From Acholeplasmataceae bacterium (GTDB lineage Bacteria > Bacillota_I > Bacilli_A > ML615J-28 > CAG-698), in assembly GCA_012838705.1 (NCBI GenBank), contig DUOT01000015.1:18367-82366 (forward strand): a stretch of DNA of 64,000 nucleotides, in the 5' to 3' direction. Positions 50,101-57,459 of this stretch are shown here, piece after piece. Numbering within the stretch: position 1 is the first letter of the stretch; each line of letters begins with the position of its first letter. The notes beneath the pieces were generated by a model. The model searched no databases and was not told the origin of the DNA. It worked only from the letters and a program-made list of their open reading frames with translations. The position numbers and the translations under genes are program-made.

Positions 50101-50175
50101 TCCTTCTCTAGTTAAGAATTTAGTAATTGCGTTTTTCACCTTTTTAAAATTATTAGTTTTTATTCTTTCTTCCAT
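47146..50175 (-). CDS. 1009-aa membrane-anchored fusion: N-terminal TM + two tandem carbohydrate-binding-like repeats + C-terminal extracellular solute-binding (SBP family 1-like) domain
   Basis: The TM anchor is ILWTLLVLLVFLFISVVV. Two homologous repeats are …SGSATWEVNIEEAGFYNIKVDY… and …PGDWITWEFTVPESGLYNISLRARQ…. The C-terminal roughly 450 aa has SBP_bac_1-like features (…VEVWFLTDPSVGREQGNSIRTLIDSTFESDVNVELKVV…RGPDVAIN…). It immediately precedes a permease pair. Confidence 0.5.
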   Translation of the reverse strand: MEERIKTNNFKKVKNAITKFLTREGIIKKTILWTLLVLLVFLFISVVVKSFDDGHKYSNATIPESVLVLGDYKEYLDKYPQNYPKNVDIVIPGEDAIETDFVVVDYTNKYGEKALKTTSSGSATWEVNIEEAGFYNIKVDYLPEEDNGVDIERKILVNGEVPYDDLNNITFQRVWTDGGDKIIDLNGNEIRPVQAEHRIRREQYVKDKIGYVTEPYLVYLSKGKNTITFESVRETMSIFNIHVTSKEEYKSYEEVKAEYEAKGYKKVTGGITGYYVEGDPKIQGEDSVYRSSSTIYAIHDRSSAYNSPADPVKVILNSIGGAKWSTPGDWITWEFTVPESGLYNISLRARQSSNRGLFSTRKVYIDDKIPFAEAQNAKFTYASDWNIVTLGTEDEPFYFYLEEGTHTITLEVTLGDYGSQINRIQQVIDELNRMYRAIIAKIGVNPDKYIDYRLTDNIPELIPTFEHCIVEIEDVAKTITRISGEKSGESASLETMALQLRDFIKQPRKIQRNMRSFSTNISSLGTWVLTVSEQALTVDYLLVHSDDYKLPKANPNFFVGTWFNMKSFFKSFFFDYSAIGATVEKGDDETVEVWFLTDPSVGREQGNSIRTLIDSTFESDVNVELKVVAPEVLLNATLAGRGPDVAINVANGIPVNYALRGAVMDLTKFDDFEEVIERFYPSAIVPYSYKDRTGHEGYYALPNTQLFPVIFYRTDIFEDYGWEVPDTWEEVIDLIPELQIHNMKFYLPLNTLGAASVVNGIFASRLFQTGGSFYRTELNDRGEEYVISNFDSEESMQAFEFWTEFYTNYSFELTITWATFINRFRTGEMPIGISDYNVYNTLMVSAPEIRGKWTFANMPGTRQEDGTIDRSTATSGTAVIMLKTTNVPEAAWEFMKWWTDADTQTAYNRELESIIGTAARHATPNIEAFSRLPWTVEELEILNAQFPWTVGVPEVPGGYYTGRNLENAFRKVVNNNINPRQTFEEYIVMINHEITRKREEFGLPVPTGE

Positions 50176-52009
50176 ACATTCCTCCTAGTAACTTTTGCGC
50201 AACCTCAATAAATATATGAATGTACTCACAACTCTTATCAAGTCCACCACTCTTATTTCTTTGTTGCCACAAATATTTTAAGCCATTTATCAAATCATTT
50301 TTACTTGCAACTACTTCTTCAAGTAATTTTATTCTATAAGACTCATCTACTTCTTCATTTAATGAAAGATTAACCTTGTACAATGTTTTAATGAAATTAA
50401 CAGCATATGTAATTTCTTCTTTAATTAATTCATCTACTTTTGCAAGTTTTAATTGGCGAAGTGAAAAGTCAAAGAAATCATTAATTATTGTATATTTCTC
50501 AAAAGATAAAATCTTATCATGTAATTTATCTTTTAAGTATTCCAGATCTTCATTTTCTTTAATCATGTTATGAGCCCACATAAATACTTGGAACGCTTGT
50601 GTCATATTACTTGTATAATAGTTTTCAAAACGATAATAATTAGCTAAGTCAAGTATTAAGTCACCCATAATTTTTGTATCATCTTTAAATATATGATCAT
50701 TTAAATAATGTTTTAGTAAATAATAAGTTCCTGTTTCACAACGATAACTTAAAAGGCCTGCATAAACTAGTGAAGCATAAATTGTTGGTAGTGATTGTAG
50801 GTGTCCAAAATCACCCCAGTTTGTTAGTAATATTCCTTCACCACCATATAGTTTTGTAAAGAAACATGAACTAGTAATTGTTGATAAAGCATCATAAGTT
50901 CTTCCTAGGAAACTACACCAACTTGAAGTTCCCGGTGCAGCCATAAATTTAATTCCAGTTTCTTTTAATTTCAATAAATGCTTTTCAAATGGATAATTAG
51001 CATCATATCCCCAATCAACAAAAATAACATCTTTAGGAATACGATCTAATACATCATCATGACGAATAAGAACGTCACCCCAAATTAAAGGGGTTTTATT
51101 ATATTTTCTAATTTCTTCAATAGCTTTTAATGCATAATCTAAATAAACGTTACCCAAACCTTCTTTTTCTACCGCTTCTTTAGATTTACCTTTACCTAAC
51201 TCAAATGGTTCATCAAAGTTCATGTTGAAGTATTTTGAATTAGAAAGTGGAAGCATATCTGCATACATCTTTTTAATTAATTCAAATGATCTTTCATCAC
51301 GTGGATCTAAAGTTGATGGAGCACGATGACGTCCCCATAAAAAGATTCCATCAGGTGCTTCTGCTAGATCTTTAAATTCATCAAGTTCAAGCCATTGTGC
51401 CATATGTCCGAAACCATTTTGGTTAGGAACAAAATCAATATATTTAGAATTCGCATATCTTTCAATTTCTTGATATTCTTCAACAGTTATATATGAGTTT
51501 TCTGTTAAGTACTTTTTGAACGATTTATATTCAAAAGAAAACCCTTCCACATACAACTCAAAATGATTCATCTTTAAATCGCTCATGATATCAAGAATAT
51601 GCTTAACTGTTTCTAGTTTTGGAACTTTATTACGACTAATGTCAAACATAAAGCCACGAACCTTTAAATCTGGTTCGTCATAAATATATAAGCATTGCAT
51701 TTCTTGACGTATAAGTTGTTTAAGGGTTTTCACAGCATAATAAAAGCCGACTTCTGTACTGGCATATGCAGTAATATTTGAATCGGAAACTTTTAATTCA
51801 TATGCTTGCTCAGGCAAGTCCTTAAATAAAAAAATGATATTACTTTCGTTTCGATCACCAATTTTACAATCAGTAAATGATTTCAATTCGTTAAAAACGT
51901 TTTCCATTTCTTGCTCAAAAAAAACAATTTTCTCATCCAAAACAAGCTTTCCTTCTTGCATTATAACTTGTTTTGGTCTAGGATAAATCATATTCATTTT
52001 TAACCCCAC
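50153..52009 (-). CDS. GH20-like beta-N-acetylhexosaminidase
   Basis: RGFMFDISRNKVP…HFELYVEG… resembles the GH20 catalytic-domain motif RG(L/F)M(L/F)D(V/I)SR…H. A candidate catalytic D-E pair is present (…NMNFDEPFELG…). It is the first gene of the long operon. Confidence 0.55.
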   Translation of the reverse strand: MGLKMNMIYPRPKQVIMQEGKLVLDEKIVFFEQEMENVFNELKSFTDCKIGDRNESNIIFLFKDLPEQAYELKVSDSNITAYASTEVGFYYAVKTLKQLIRQEMQCLYIYDEPDLKVRGFMFDISRNKVPKLETVKHILDIMSDLKMNHFELYVEGFSFEYKSFKKYLTENSYITVEEYQEIERYANSKYIDFVPNQNGFGHMAQWLELDEFKDLAEAPDGIFLWGRHRAPSTLDPRDERSFELIKKMYADMLPLSNSKYFNMNFDEPFELGKGKSKEAVEKEGLGNVYLDYALKAIEEIRKYNKTPLIWGDVLIRHDDVLDRIPKDVIFVDWGYDANYPFEKHLLKLKETGIKFMAAPGTSSWCSFLGRTYDALSTITSSCFFTKLYGGEGILLTNWGDFGHLQSLPTIYASLVYAGLLSYRCETGTYYLLKHYLNDHIFKDDTKIMGDLILDLANYYRFENYYTSNMTQAFQVFMWAHNMIKENEDLEYLKDKLHDKILSFEKYTIINDFFDFSLRQLKLAKVDELIKEEITYAVNFIKTLYKVNLSLNEEVDESYRIKLLEEVVASKNDLINGLKYLWQQRNKSGGLDKSCEYIHIFIEVAQKLLGGMYGRKNKN

Positions 52010-52024
52010 TTTTCATACTTCTTT

Positions 52025-52060
52025 ATAGAGAATAAGAAATATAAGTATATTTTCTCTATG
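52025..52060 (-). promoter_or_regulatory. imperfect palindrome (candidate operator) between the -10 element and the GH20 start codon
   Basis: TATAGAGAAtaAGAAATATA-ag-TATATTTtCTCTATg has nested inverted repeats TAGAGAA/TTCTCTA and AAATATA/TATATTT. It directly abuts a TTGATA-17-TATAAT promoter, whose -10 is at 52064-52069 on the minus strand. Confidence 0.3.
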
Positions 52061-52169
52061 CTTATTATACATTAAAACATAGTTTTTATCAAGGATAAAT
52101 TTCACTTTTATGTCTAGGTAATATTTAGCATGCAACAATATATATAACAAATAGGAAATAATCAATGGG

Positions 52170-52208
52170 AAAAGTCTTGGTTTTACCCAAGACCTTTCTT
52201 TTTTACTA
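52170..52208. terminator. hairpin with flanking A/T runs; likely terminator for the small membrane-protein gene, also terminator-like on the plus strand
   Basis: The stem is GTCTTGG-TTTTAC-CCAAGAC (52174-52193). CTTTCTTTTTT follows on the plus strand and TTTTCC on the minus strand. Confidence 0.5.
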
Positions 52209-52215
52209 TGATTAA

Positions 52216-52410
52216 TCAGCATCTTCTATCATGATCAACAATGGAAAGAATTCCACCGATAAGTCCAATTAGTATCATAAGAATTAAAATTACTGCAAAG
52301 AAGATTACAGCGAAATTACCAAGTGCGAAAATAAATAGAAGTACTAAAAGAATAGCAAGACCAATTGTTCCAGCAATTAATAATGCAGAAAAGAATATTA
52401 CTTTTTTCAT
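52216..52410 (-). CDS. small hydrophobic membrane protein (~64 aa, two TM helices)
   Basis: The RBS AGGAGGGGAG lies 4 nt before the ATG at 52408-52410. The product is MKKVIFFSALLIAGTIGLAILLVLLFIFALGNFAVIFFAVILILMILIGLIGGILSIVDHDRRC. The ORF-track start at 52431 reads through the RBS. Confidence 0.45.
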   Translation of the reverse strand: MKKVIFFSALLIAGTIGLAILLVLLFIFALGNFAVIFFAVILILMILIGLIGGILSIVDHDRRC

Positions 52411-52609
52411 ACACTCCCCTCCTTTCCACATTTTTGTGGAACTATAGCTTGAAAGTATAAAGTTCGGGGAATTAGTATAGTTGTTTTTTTATTCTATAGT
52501 CCCACTTTTAATTTTTTCATTCCTTCTTGGGCCTATAGAAAAACCACTATCATCGTTATTAATATATGAAAAACGTAACTCTCTGCAATGGCGATTATCT
52601 AAAAGTGGA

Positions 52610-53224
52610 CTAGGTCTTTGCTTTGTTCTTTCGTCTATCCTGTTGTTCTTGCATAGAATAAAAACAACCACAATATTCTTGACGATATAAGTCTAATTCT
52701 TTTGAAAGAATAATTGATTTTTTATATCCTTCTTCTTTTTTAAAATCAGAATATAAATATTTAACGCCATATTTTCTTTCACATTCATAGCCTATTTCAT
52801 TAATTTTTTTACTATTTTTATAAGGACTAATTGAAAGGGTAGTAGTAAAATATTCATAACCTTTTTTTCTTGCGACCTGAGCTGTTTTTTCGAGTCTAAA
52901 ACTATAGCAAGCAAAACATCTTTCGCCACCTTCGGGTATATGCTCTAATCCTTTAATAGCTTTATTAAACTCATTTGGATTATATTTTTCTTCCATAATC
53001 GGAAATTTATAAAGTTTATTAAATTCCGATAATCTTTTTATATATTCTTCTTGAGGGTAAATATTTGGATTATAAAAGAAAATTGTAATATCAAAGACTT
53101 CTTTTAATAATTCTAAAACATAACTGCTACATGGCGCACAGCAACTATGTAGCAGTAATCTCTTTTTACTTCCCTTATTTTCAGAAAGAAATTTTTTTAA
53201 CTTTTTATATGTATCGATAACCAT
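52610..53224 (-). CDS. queH: epoxyqueuosine reductase QueH (DUF208)
   Basis: …LLLHSCCAPCSSYVLE… carries the conserved Cys cluster of QueH. The true start is probably the ATG overlapping the upstream stop (TAATG), giving MVIDTYKK…. Confidence 0.75.
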   Translation of the reverse strand: MVIDTYKKLKKFLSENKGSKKRLLLHSCCAPCSSYVLELLKEVFDITIFFYNPNIYPQEEYIKRLSEFNKLYKFPIMEEKYNPNEFNKAIKGLEHIPEGGERCFACYSFRLEKTAQVARKKGYEYFTTTLSISPYKNSKKINEIGYECERKYGVKYLYSDFKKEEGYKKSIILSKELDLYRQEYCGCFYSMQEQQDRRKNKAKT

Positions 53225-54528
53225 TAAATAGGCTTCACGTCCTTTGTCCAAATTGTTTTAAGTTTTTTTCGTGCTTCAACTAAAGATTTTGGCTGTTCAC
53301 GAACTAAATTGCGATAAGTAAACATTATAGTTCCAGAAATATAATCTTTAGTATGATTGTATTTTATTTGATTAATAATTTCCTCACTATTACTCCAATT
53401 ACCCTCATCTTTGTAACGATAAAGACCTTGACCGATGTATAGTTTAATTTCTGTTTCTTTACAAATTTGATTCCACCAATCAACTAAATCAGCATATTTT
53501 ACACGGTCAGATTCTTCACCTGTTTCTTTATCAATTGTGAAGTTATCAAACTCAAAGTATACTTGAGGAACAACATAATCAATCCATTTATTTTTCATCC
53601 ATAATAATACGTCAGCATATAAGCCTTCATATCCTTGATAACATGATGGATGATTAAATGATCCTTTTTCCCAGCCACCTTCTAAGCCTTTTTCTTCAAA
53701 GCATTTACTATTAGTACGGTATATACCAAATGGGCTAATACCAAATTCAACTTTTTTGTCGAGAGTTTTTAATTTATCGCTAATCATCTTCATTAGTTTA
53801 TCAACATTTTGACGTCTAAAATCTGCAAGACTTAAGTTTGGAGCAATTTCTTTCCATTTTTTTTCTTCATCCGGATCACGGATTTCTTCATATGGATAAA
53901 AATAATCATCGATATGAATCGCTTTTACATCATAATTTCTCGCAATTTCTAATGCTGTATCACTTACAAATTCTTGAACTTCAACGCTTGCAGGGTCTAA
54001 TATACATTTATCTAAAACTGTTTCGATTACTAAATCTTTACGACGACGAGCAAAGTTCTTTTCACTTAAAGTATCCAAAAACTCATCTTTTGTCATATTA
54101 AGATCAGAGAACTTAATTCCGCTAACCCGGTAAGGATTAATCCAAGCATGAACATCAATATTTTCTTTTTTAGCTTCATCAATAAAGAATTCGAGAACAT
54201 CAAATCCTGGATCTTTATTCTCTGTGCCTGTAATAAATCTTGACCAAGGGTTTAGCTCTGACTTATAAAAAGCATCATTTGTTGGACGTACTTGGAATAT
54301 TACAGTATTAAAATGATATTCTTTAACTTTTTTTAATACACCTTTTAAATACTCTTTATATGATTCTACATCTTCCATAATATCAACATCGATATTATTT
54401 ACTGTTGAGAACCATACACCACGTAGTTCTTCTGTTTTTTCTTCTACAGTTTCTGGAACGTACACATAATCATTTGTACCATAATAAGTAACAAACCCGC
54501 CTCTAACAAATCTTTCAATCTTTTTCAT
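53224..54528 (-). CDS. DUF187 / glycoside-hydrolase-like family 10 (YngK-like) protein
   Basis: A 434-aa (beta/alpha)8-like protein, …GVWFSTVNNIDV…EYHFNTVIFQVRP…. The family assignment is by overall resemblance only. Confidence 0.4.
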   Translation of the reverse strand: MKKIERFVRGGFVTYYGTNDYVYVPETVEEKTEELRGVWFSTVNNIDVDIMEDVESYKEYLKGVLKKVKEYHFNTVIFQVRPTNDAFYKSELNPWSRFITGTENKDPGFDVLEFFIDEAKKENIDVHAWINPYRVSGIKFSDLNMTKDEFLDTLSEKNFARRRKDLVIETVLDKCILDPASVEVQEFVSDTALEIARNYDVKAIHIDDYFYPYEEIRDPDEEKKWKEIAPNLSLADFRRQNVDKLMKMISDKLKTLDKKVEFGISPFGIYRTNSKCFEEKGLEGGWEKGSFNHPSCYQGYEGLYADVLLWMKNKWIDYVVPQVYFEFDNFTIDKETGEESDRVKYADLVDWWNQICKETEIKLYIGQGLYRYKDEGNWSNSEEIINQIKYNHTKDYISGTIMFTYRNLVREQPKSLVEARKKLKTIWTKDVKPI

Positions 54529-55441
54529 AATACTCCTCTATTATTTTTATTATTTTTGCATTTGCATCAAGTTCAACTTGAAGACCAATAGGTAAATTCA
54601 GAAAAGGAAATTCGTGACCGGAAGGAAAATTAATTATAATCGGTTTATTTAGTTTAATAAAATATTCACTTATTAATTCTGTAACTTGTTGGTGTTCTTG
54701 ACTTTCACTTACGCAATTCGTAAAGTGACCAAAAATAAATCCTTTTGCTTGTTCTAATTTCCCTGATAGGCGTAGTTGCGCAAACATCCGATCAATACGG
54801 TATGGTGCTTCATCTACTTCTTCGATAAATACAATTTTATTATTAAAGTCAATATCATAAGGAGTTCCAATCAAATTTGTAATTAACGATAAGTTCCCAC
54901 CAACAAGTACTCCTTGAGTAACACCTTCCGACAATGCCTTTATACTTGGATGTGTCAAAACCCGATTTTTCATTGGCATTTCTAAAAGATCTTTAAAATC
55001 ATCTATCGAATCTTGATCGATATCATTTCTACCTAAAAATATACCCATCTCACCATGAATAGTAGGTAAATTTGCTTTTTGGTAAAAAGCATTAAGCAAG
55101 ACAGTTATATCACTAAAACCCATAAATATTTTTGGATTCTTTTTAATTATTTGATAATTTAATTTATCAACAATTCGACTAGCACCATATCCACCTTTAA
55201 GACAAATGATCGCTTTCACTTCATTATCTAAAAATGCATCTTCTAAATCTTTTATTCTTTCTCCATCAGTTCCAGCTAAATAACCATTGCTTAGAAAACA
55301 TGTTTTACCGTATTTTATTTTATATCCTAAATTATGAATTATATTTTCTAGATTTTTAATTCTTTGCGATTCCATTTGACATTTAAAAGATGGACATAAA
55401 AAATATATCGTATCACCTTTTAATAGTCTTTTTACTTTCAT
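54515..55441 (-). CDS. ldcA: LD-carboxypeptidase (peptidase S66, muramoyl-tetrapeptide carboxypeptidase LdcA-like)
   Basis: …GDTIYFLCPSF… is the N-terminus and …FMGFSDITVL… is the catalytic Ser motif (GxSD). It is 308 aa. Confidence 0.8.
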   Translation of the reverse strand: MKVKRLLKGDTIYFLCPSFKCQMESQRIKNLENIIHNLGYKIKYGKTCFLSNGYLAGTDGERIKDLEDAFLDNEVKAIICLKGGYGASRIVDKLNYQIIKKNPKIFMGFSDITVLLNAFYQKANLPTIHGEMGIFLGRNDIDQDSIDDFKDLLEMPMKNRVLTHPSIKALSEGVTQGVLVGGNLSLITNLIGTPYDIDFNNKIVFIEEVDEAPYRIDRMFAQLRLSGKLEQAKGFIFGHFTNCVSESQEHQQVTELISEYFIKLNKPIIINFPSGHEFPFLNLPIGLQVELDANAKIIKIIEEYYEKD

Positions 55442-56409
55442 TTCAATGTTTTTTCCATTACCGCAAATGATTGCACTATTTTAAATCCAGCAGATAAGTA
55501 AATGTTTCTTGCAGGATTATCTTTTCCTGTAAAGAATGTCATAAACTGAGCACCATTTTTGCGTGACTCATCACATAAATGACAGAATAATGATTTACCT
55601 AAACCACGTCCTTGAGTTTTTGGATGAACACCGATACCAGCAAAATATCCTCTACCACTTGGTTGGGTACGAATAGGTCCAGTCCATCCAAGAATTTCTC
55701 CATCCTTTTCCGCAATCAACATAGGATATGGTTTTTCAAGACTTAAATTATCTTGAACTGCTTTATACCATTCAGGATTATTTAAACCATCAATTAATAG
55801 TTCTTTAAATCCATGATGTTTATTCGGATCATATAGAGTAATATTATATCCATCTTTAGCATTTTCTTCTTCGCGTTTTAAAACCTTTTCAGGAATGCGG
55901 TATGTTGTTATATCAACATAAAATGCATCTTCTTGAGTTCTAATTTTATAACCATTAGCTAGTAATAAGAAATAAAACGGAGAATTAATAACTATTGCTG
56001 GAGCATTAGGATGATCAGCATTAGTTCCCGGTACAATCCATTCTAAATTTATTGGATTAAAGAAATATAATCTAACTACATCTTTACCTTTTTCTAATAT
56101 ATATTTTTCAAGTTCTGTTAGAATATTACTTCCATGTCCTTGTCTTTGATATTTTTCATCAACAACCACACATGTAATAAATCCCGGAAATCTTTCTACA
56201 TCACTAATAATTGCATGACCAAAACCAATGATTTCATTACCATCAAAAAGGATTTTAAACCCTTCAGGATCAAAACATTTATTATTTACAAACTTTTCAG
56301 TAAATGATTCAGCAGTAAATGGTTTATAAATTGATTTTTCCGCAACTTCTTTATTCCATAAAGAAACAATTTTATCTAAATACTTGTCTTGATATACTTT
56401 AAACTCCAT
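55438..56409 (-). CDS. GNAT-family acetyltransferase (two-lobed, 323 aa)
   Basis: The C-terminal lobe …IGVHPKTQGRGLGKSLFCHL… is a motif-A-like acetyl-CoA site, and the N-terminal lobe has …QRQGHGSNIL…. Confidence 0.65.
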   Translation of the reverse strand: MEFKVYQDKYLDKIVSLWNKEVAEKSIYKPFTAESFTEKFVNNKCFDPEGFKILFDGNEIIGFGHAIISDVERFPGFITCVVVDEKYQRQGHGSNILTELEKYILEKGKDVVRLYFFNPINLEWIVPGTNADHPNAPAIVINSPFYFLLLANGYKIRTQEDAFYVDITTYRIPEKVLKREEENAKDGYNITLYDPNKHHGFKELLIDGLNNPEWYKAVQDNLSLEKPYPMLIAEKDGEILGWTGPIRTQPSGRGYFAGIGVHPKTQGRGLGKSLFCHLCDESRKNGAQFMTFFTGKDNPARNIYLSAGFKIVQSFAVMEKTLK

Positions 56410-56418
56410 ATTATCCTC

Positions 56419-57459
56419 CTAAAAATGATTTAAAATATAATTTCCTAATCGAGCCCTGAAAGGAATTATTAAATTATTATCACGAGTTGGATGAACACGA
56501 TTAGAAAGTAAACAAAAAGCAATTTTATTATCACGATCAATATACATATGTGTACCAGTAAAACCAGTATGCATAATTGTATTTTTGCTTGCATAATCAC
56601 CAGCAACCGAATTAGCACCTTGAATTATCCATCCAAGTCCGCGACGATAAGGAACTAGACTAATTCCAGTATATTCTTCTACTTGTGGAGTAAATAATAA
56701 GTCAATTGATTTTTTTGAAAGGATTTGTTTACCTTTATAAACTCCATCATTTAAAATCATTTCCATGAAATTACTAACATCAGTAACAGTTGAGAATAAT
56801 CCAGCATGTCCAGCAACACCATCTAAAGCATATGCTTTTTCATCATGTACATATCCACGTGTTATAACTTCTCCATAAACTTCAGTTGAAGCACAACGAT
56901 TAGTATCCTTTGGATTATAACCTGAATCTTTCATTTCTAATGGCTCAAATATATATTTTTCCGCAAACTCATTAAGTTTCATTCCACTAACAGATTCAAT
57001 AACAAAACCTAATAAAAGATAGCCCATATCTGAATATAATATTTTTGTGTTTTTCGGATAAATAACTTCAGGAGCTAATAGATATTTTTCTAACCCCCCA
57101 TCTTGACGATATAAGCTTCCAGGAACATCAGATGGAAGTCCAGACGTGTGTGTCATTAAATCCCAAATAGTGATTTGCGAATGGCGAAACTTAGGTACAT
57201 ATAATTTCACACTATCACTTAAACGAATTTTACCTTGTTCTAGAAGAATCATTACTGCTGTTGTTGTTACGATAACTTTAGTAAGTGATGCCATATCATA
57301 TAAGGTATTAATGTCATTTTTCTCTACTTCTGGAATTAATGCCTTATTGCCGAAACTTTCAAAATACTTTTTACCATTTGCAATTAAACTATAATTAGCA
57401 CCAGGAAAAGTATTTTCCGCAATTGCTTTTTCAATTAACTTGTTTAATCCTGTAATCAT
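56419..57459 (-). CDS. beta-lactamase-fold serine hydrolase (class C/PBP4*-, D-aminopeptidase-like)
   Basis: It has SxxK (MASLTKV), YSD (…ILYSDMGY…, the YxN equivalent) and HTG (…MHTGFTG…, the KTG equivalent). Confidence 0.7.
   Translation of the reverse strand: MITGLNKLIEKAIAENTFPGANYSLIANGKKYFESFGNKALIPEVEKNDINTLYDMASLTKVIVTTTAVMILLEQGKIRLSDSVKLYVPKFRHSQITIWDLMTHTSGLPSDVPGSLYRQDGGLEKYLLAPEVIYPKNTKILYSDMGYLLLGFVIESVSGMKLNEFAEKYIFEPLEMKDSGYNPKDTNRCASTEVYGEVITRGYVHDEKAYALDGVAGHAGLFSTVTDVSNFMEMILNDGVYKGKQILSKKSIDLLFTPQVEEYTGISLVPYRRGLGWIIQGANSVAGDYASKNTIMHTGFTGTHMYIDRDNKIAFCLLSNRVHPTRDNNLIIPFRARLGNYILNHF

Noticed and set aside
52013-52222. 69-aa minus-strand ORF between the small membrane-protein gene and the GH20 gene. 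Also the same-strand ORFs 31859-32065 and 37300-37515 nested in coding genes.
   Set aside because: It spans the terminator hairpin and the promoter of the GH20 operon. It has no RBS and a low-complexity product. The nested ones are alternative-frame artefacts.
52447-52690. Small ORFs on both strands (52241-52447, 52481-52690, 52489-52671) around the queH 3' end
   Set aside because: They overlap the queH coding sequence or its terminator region, and they have no RBS.
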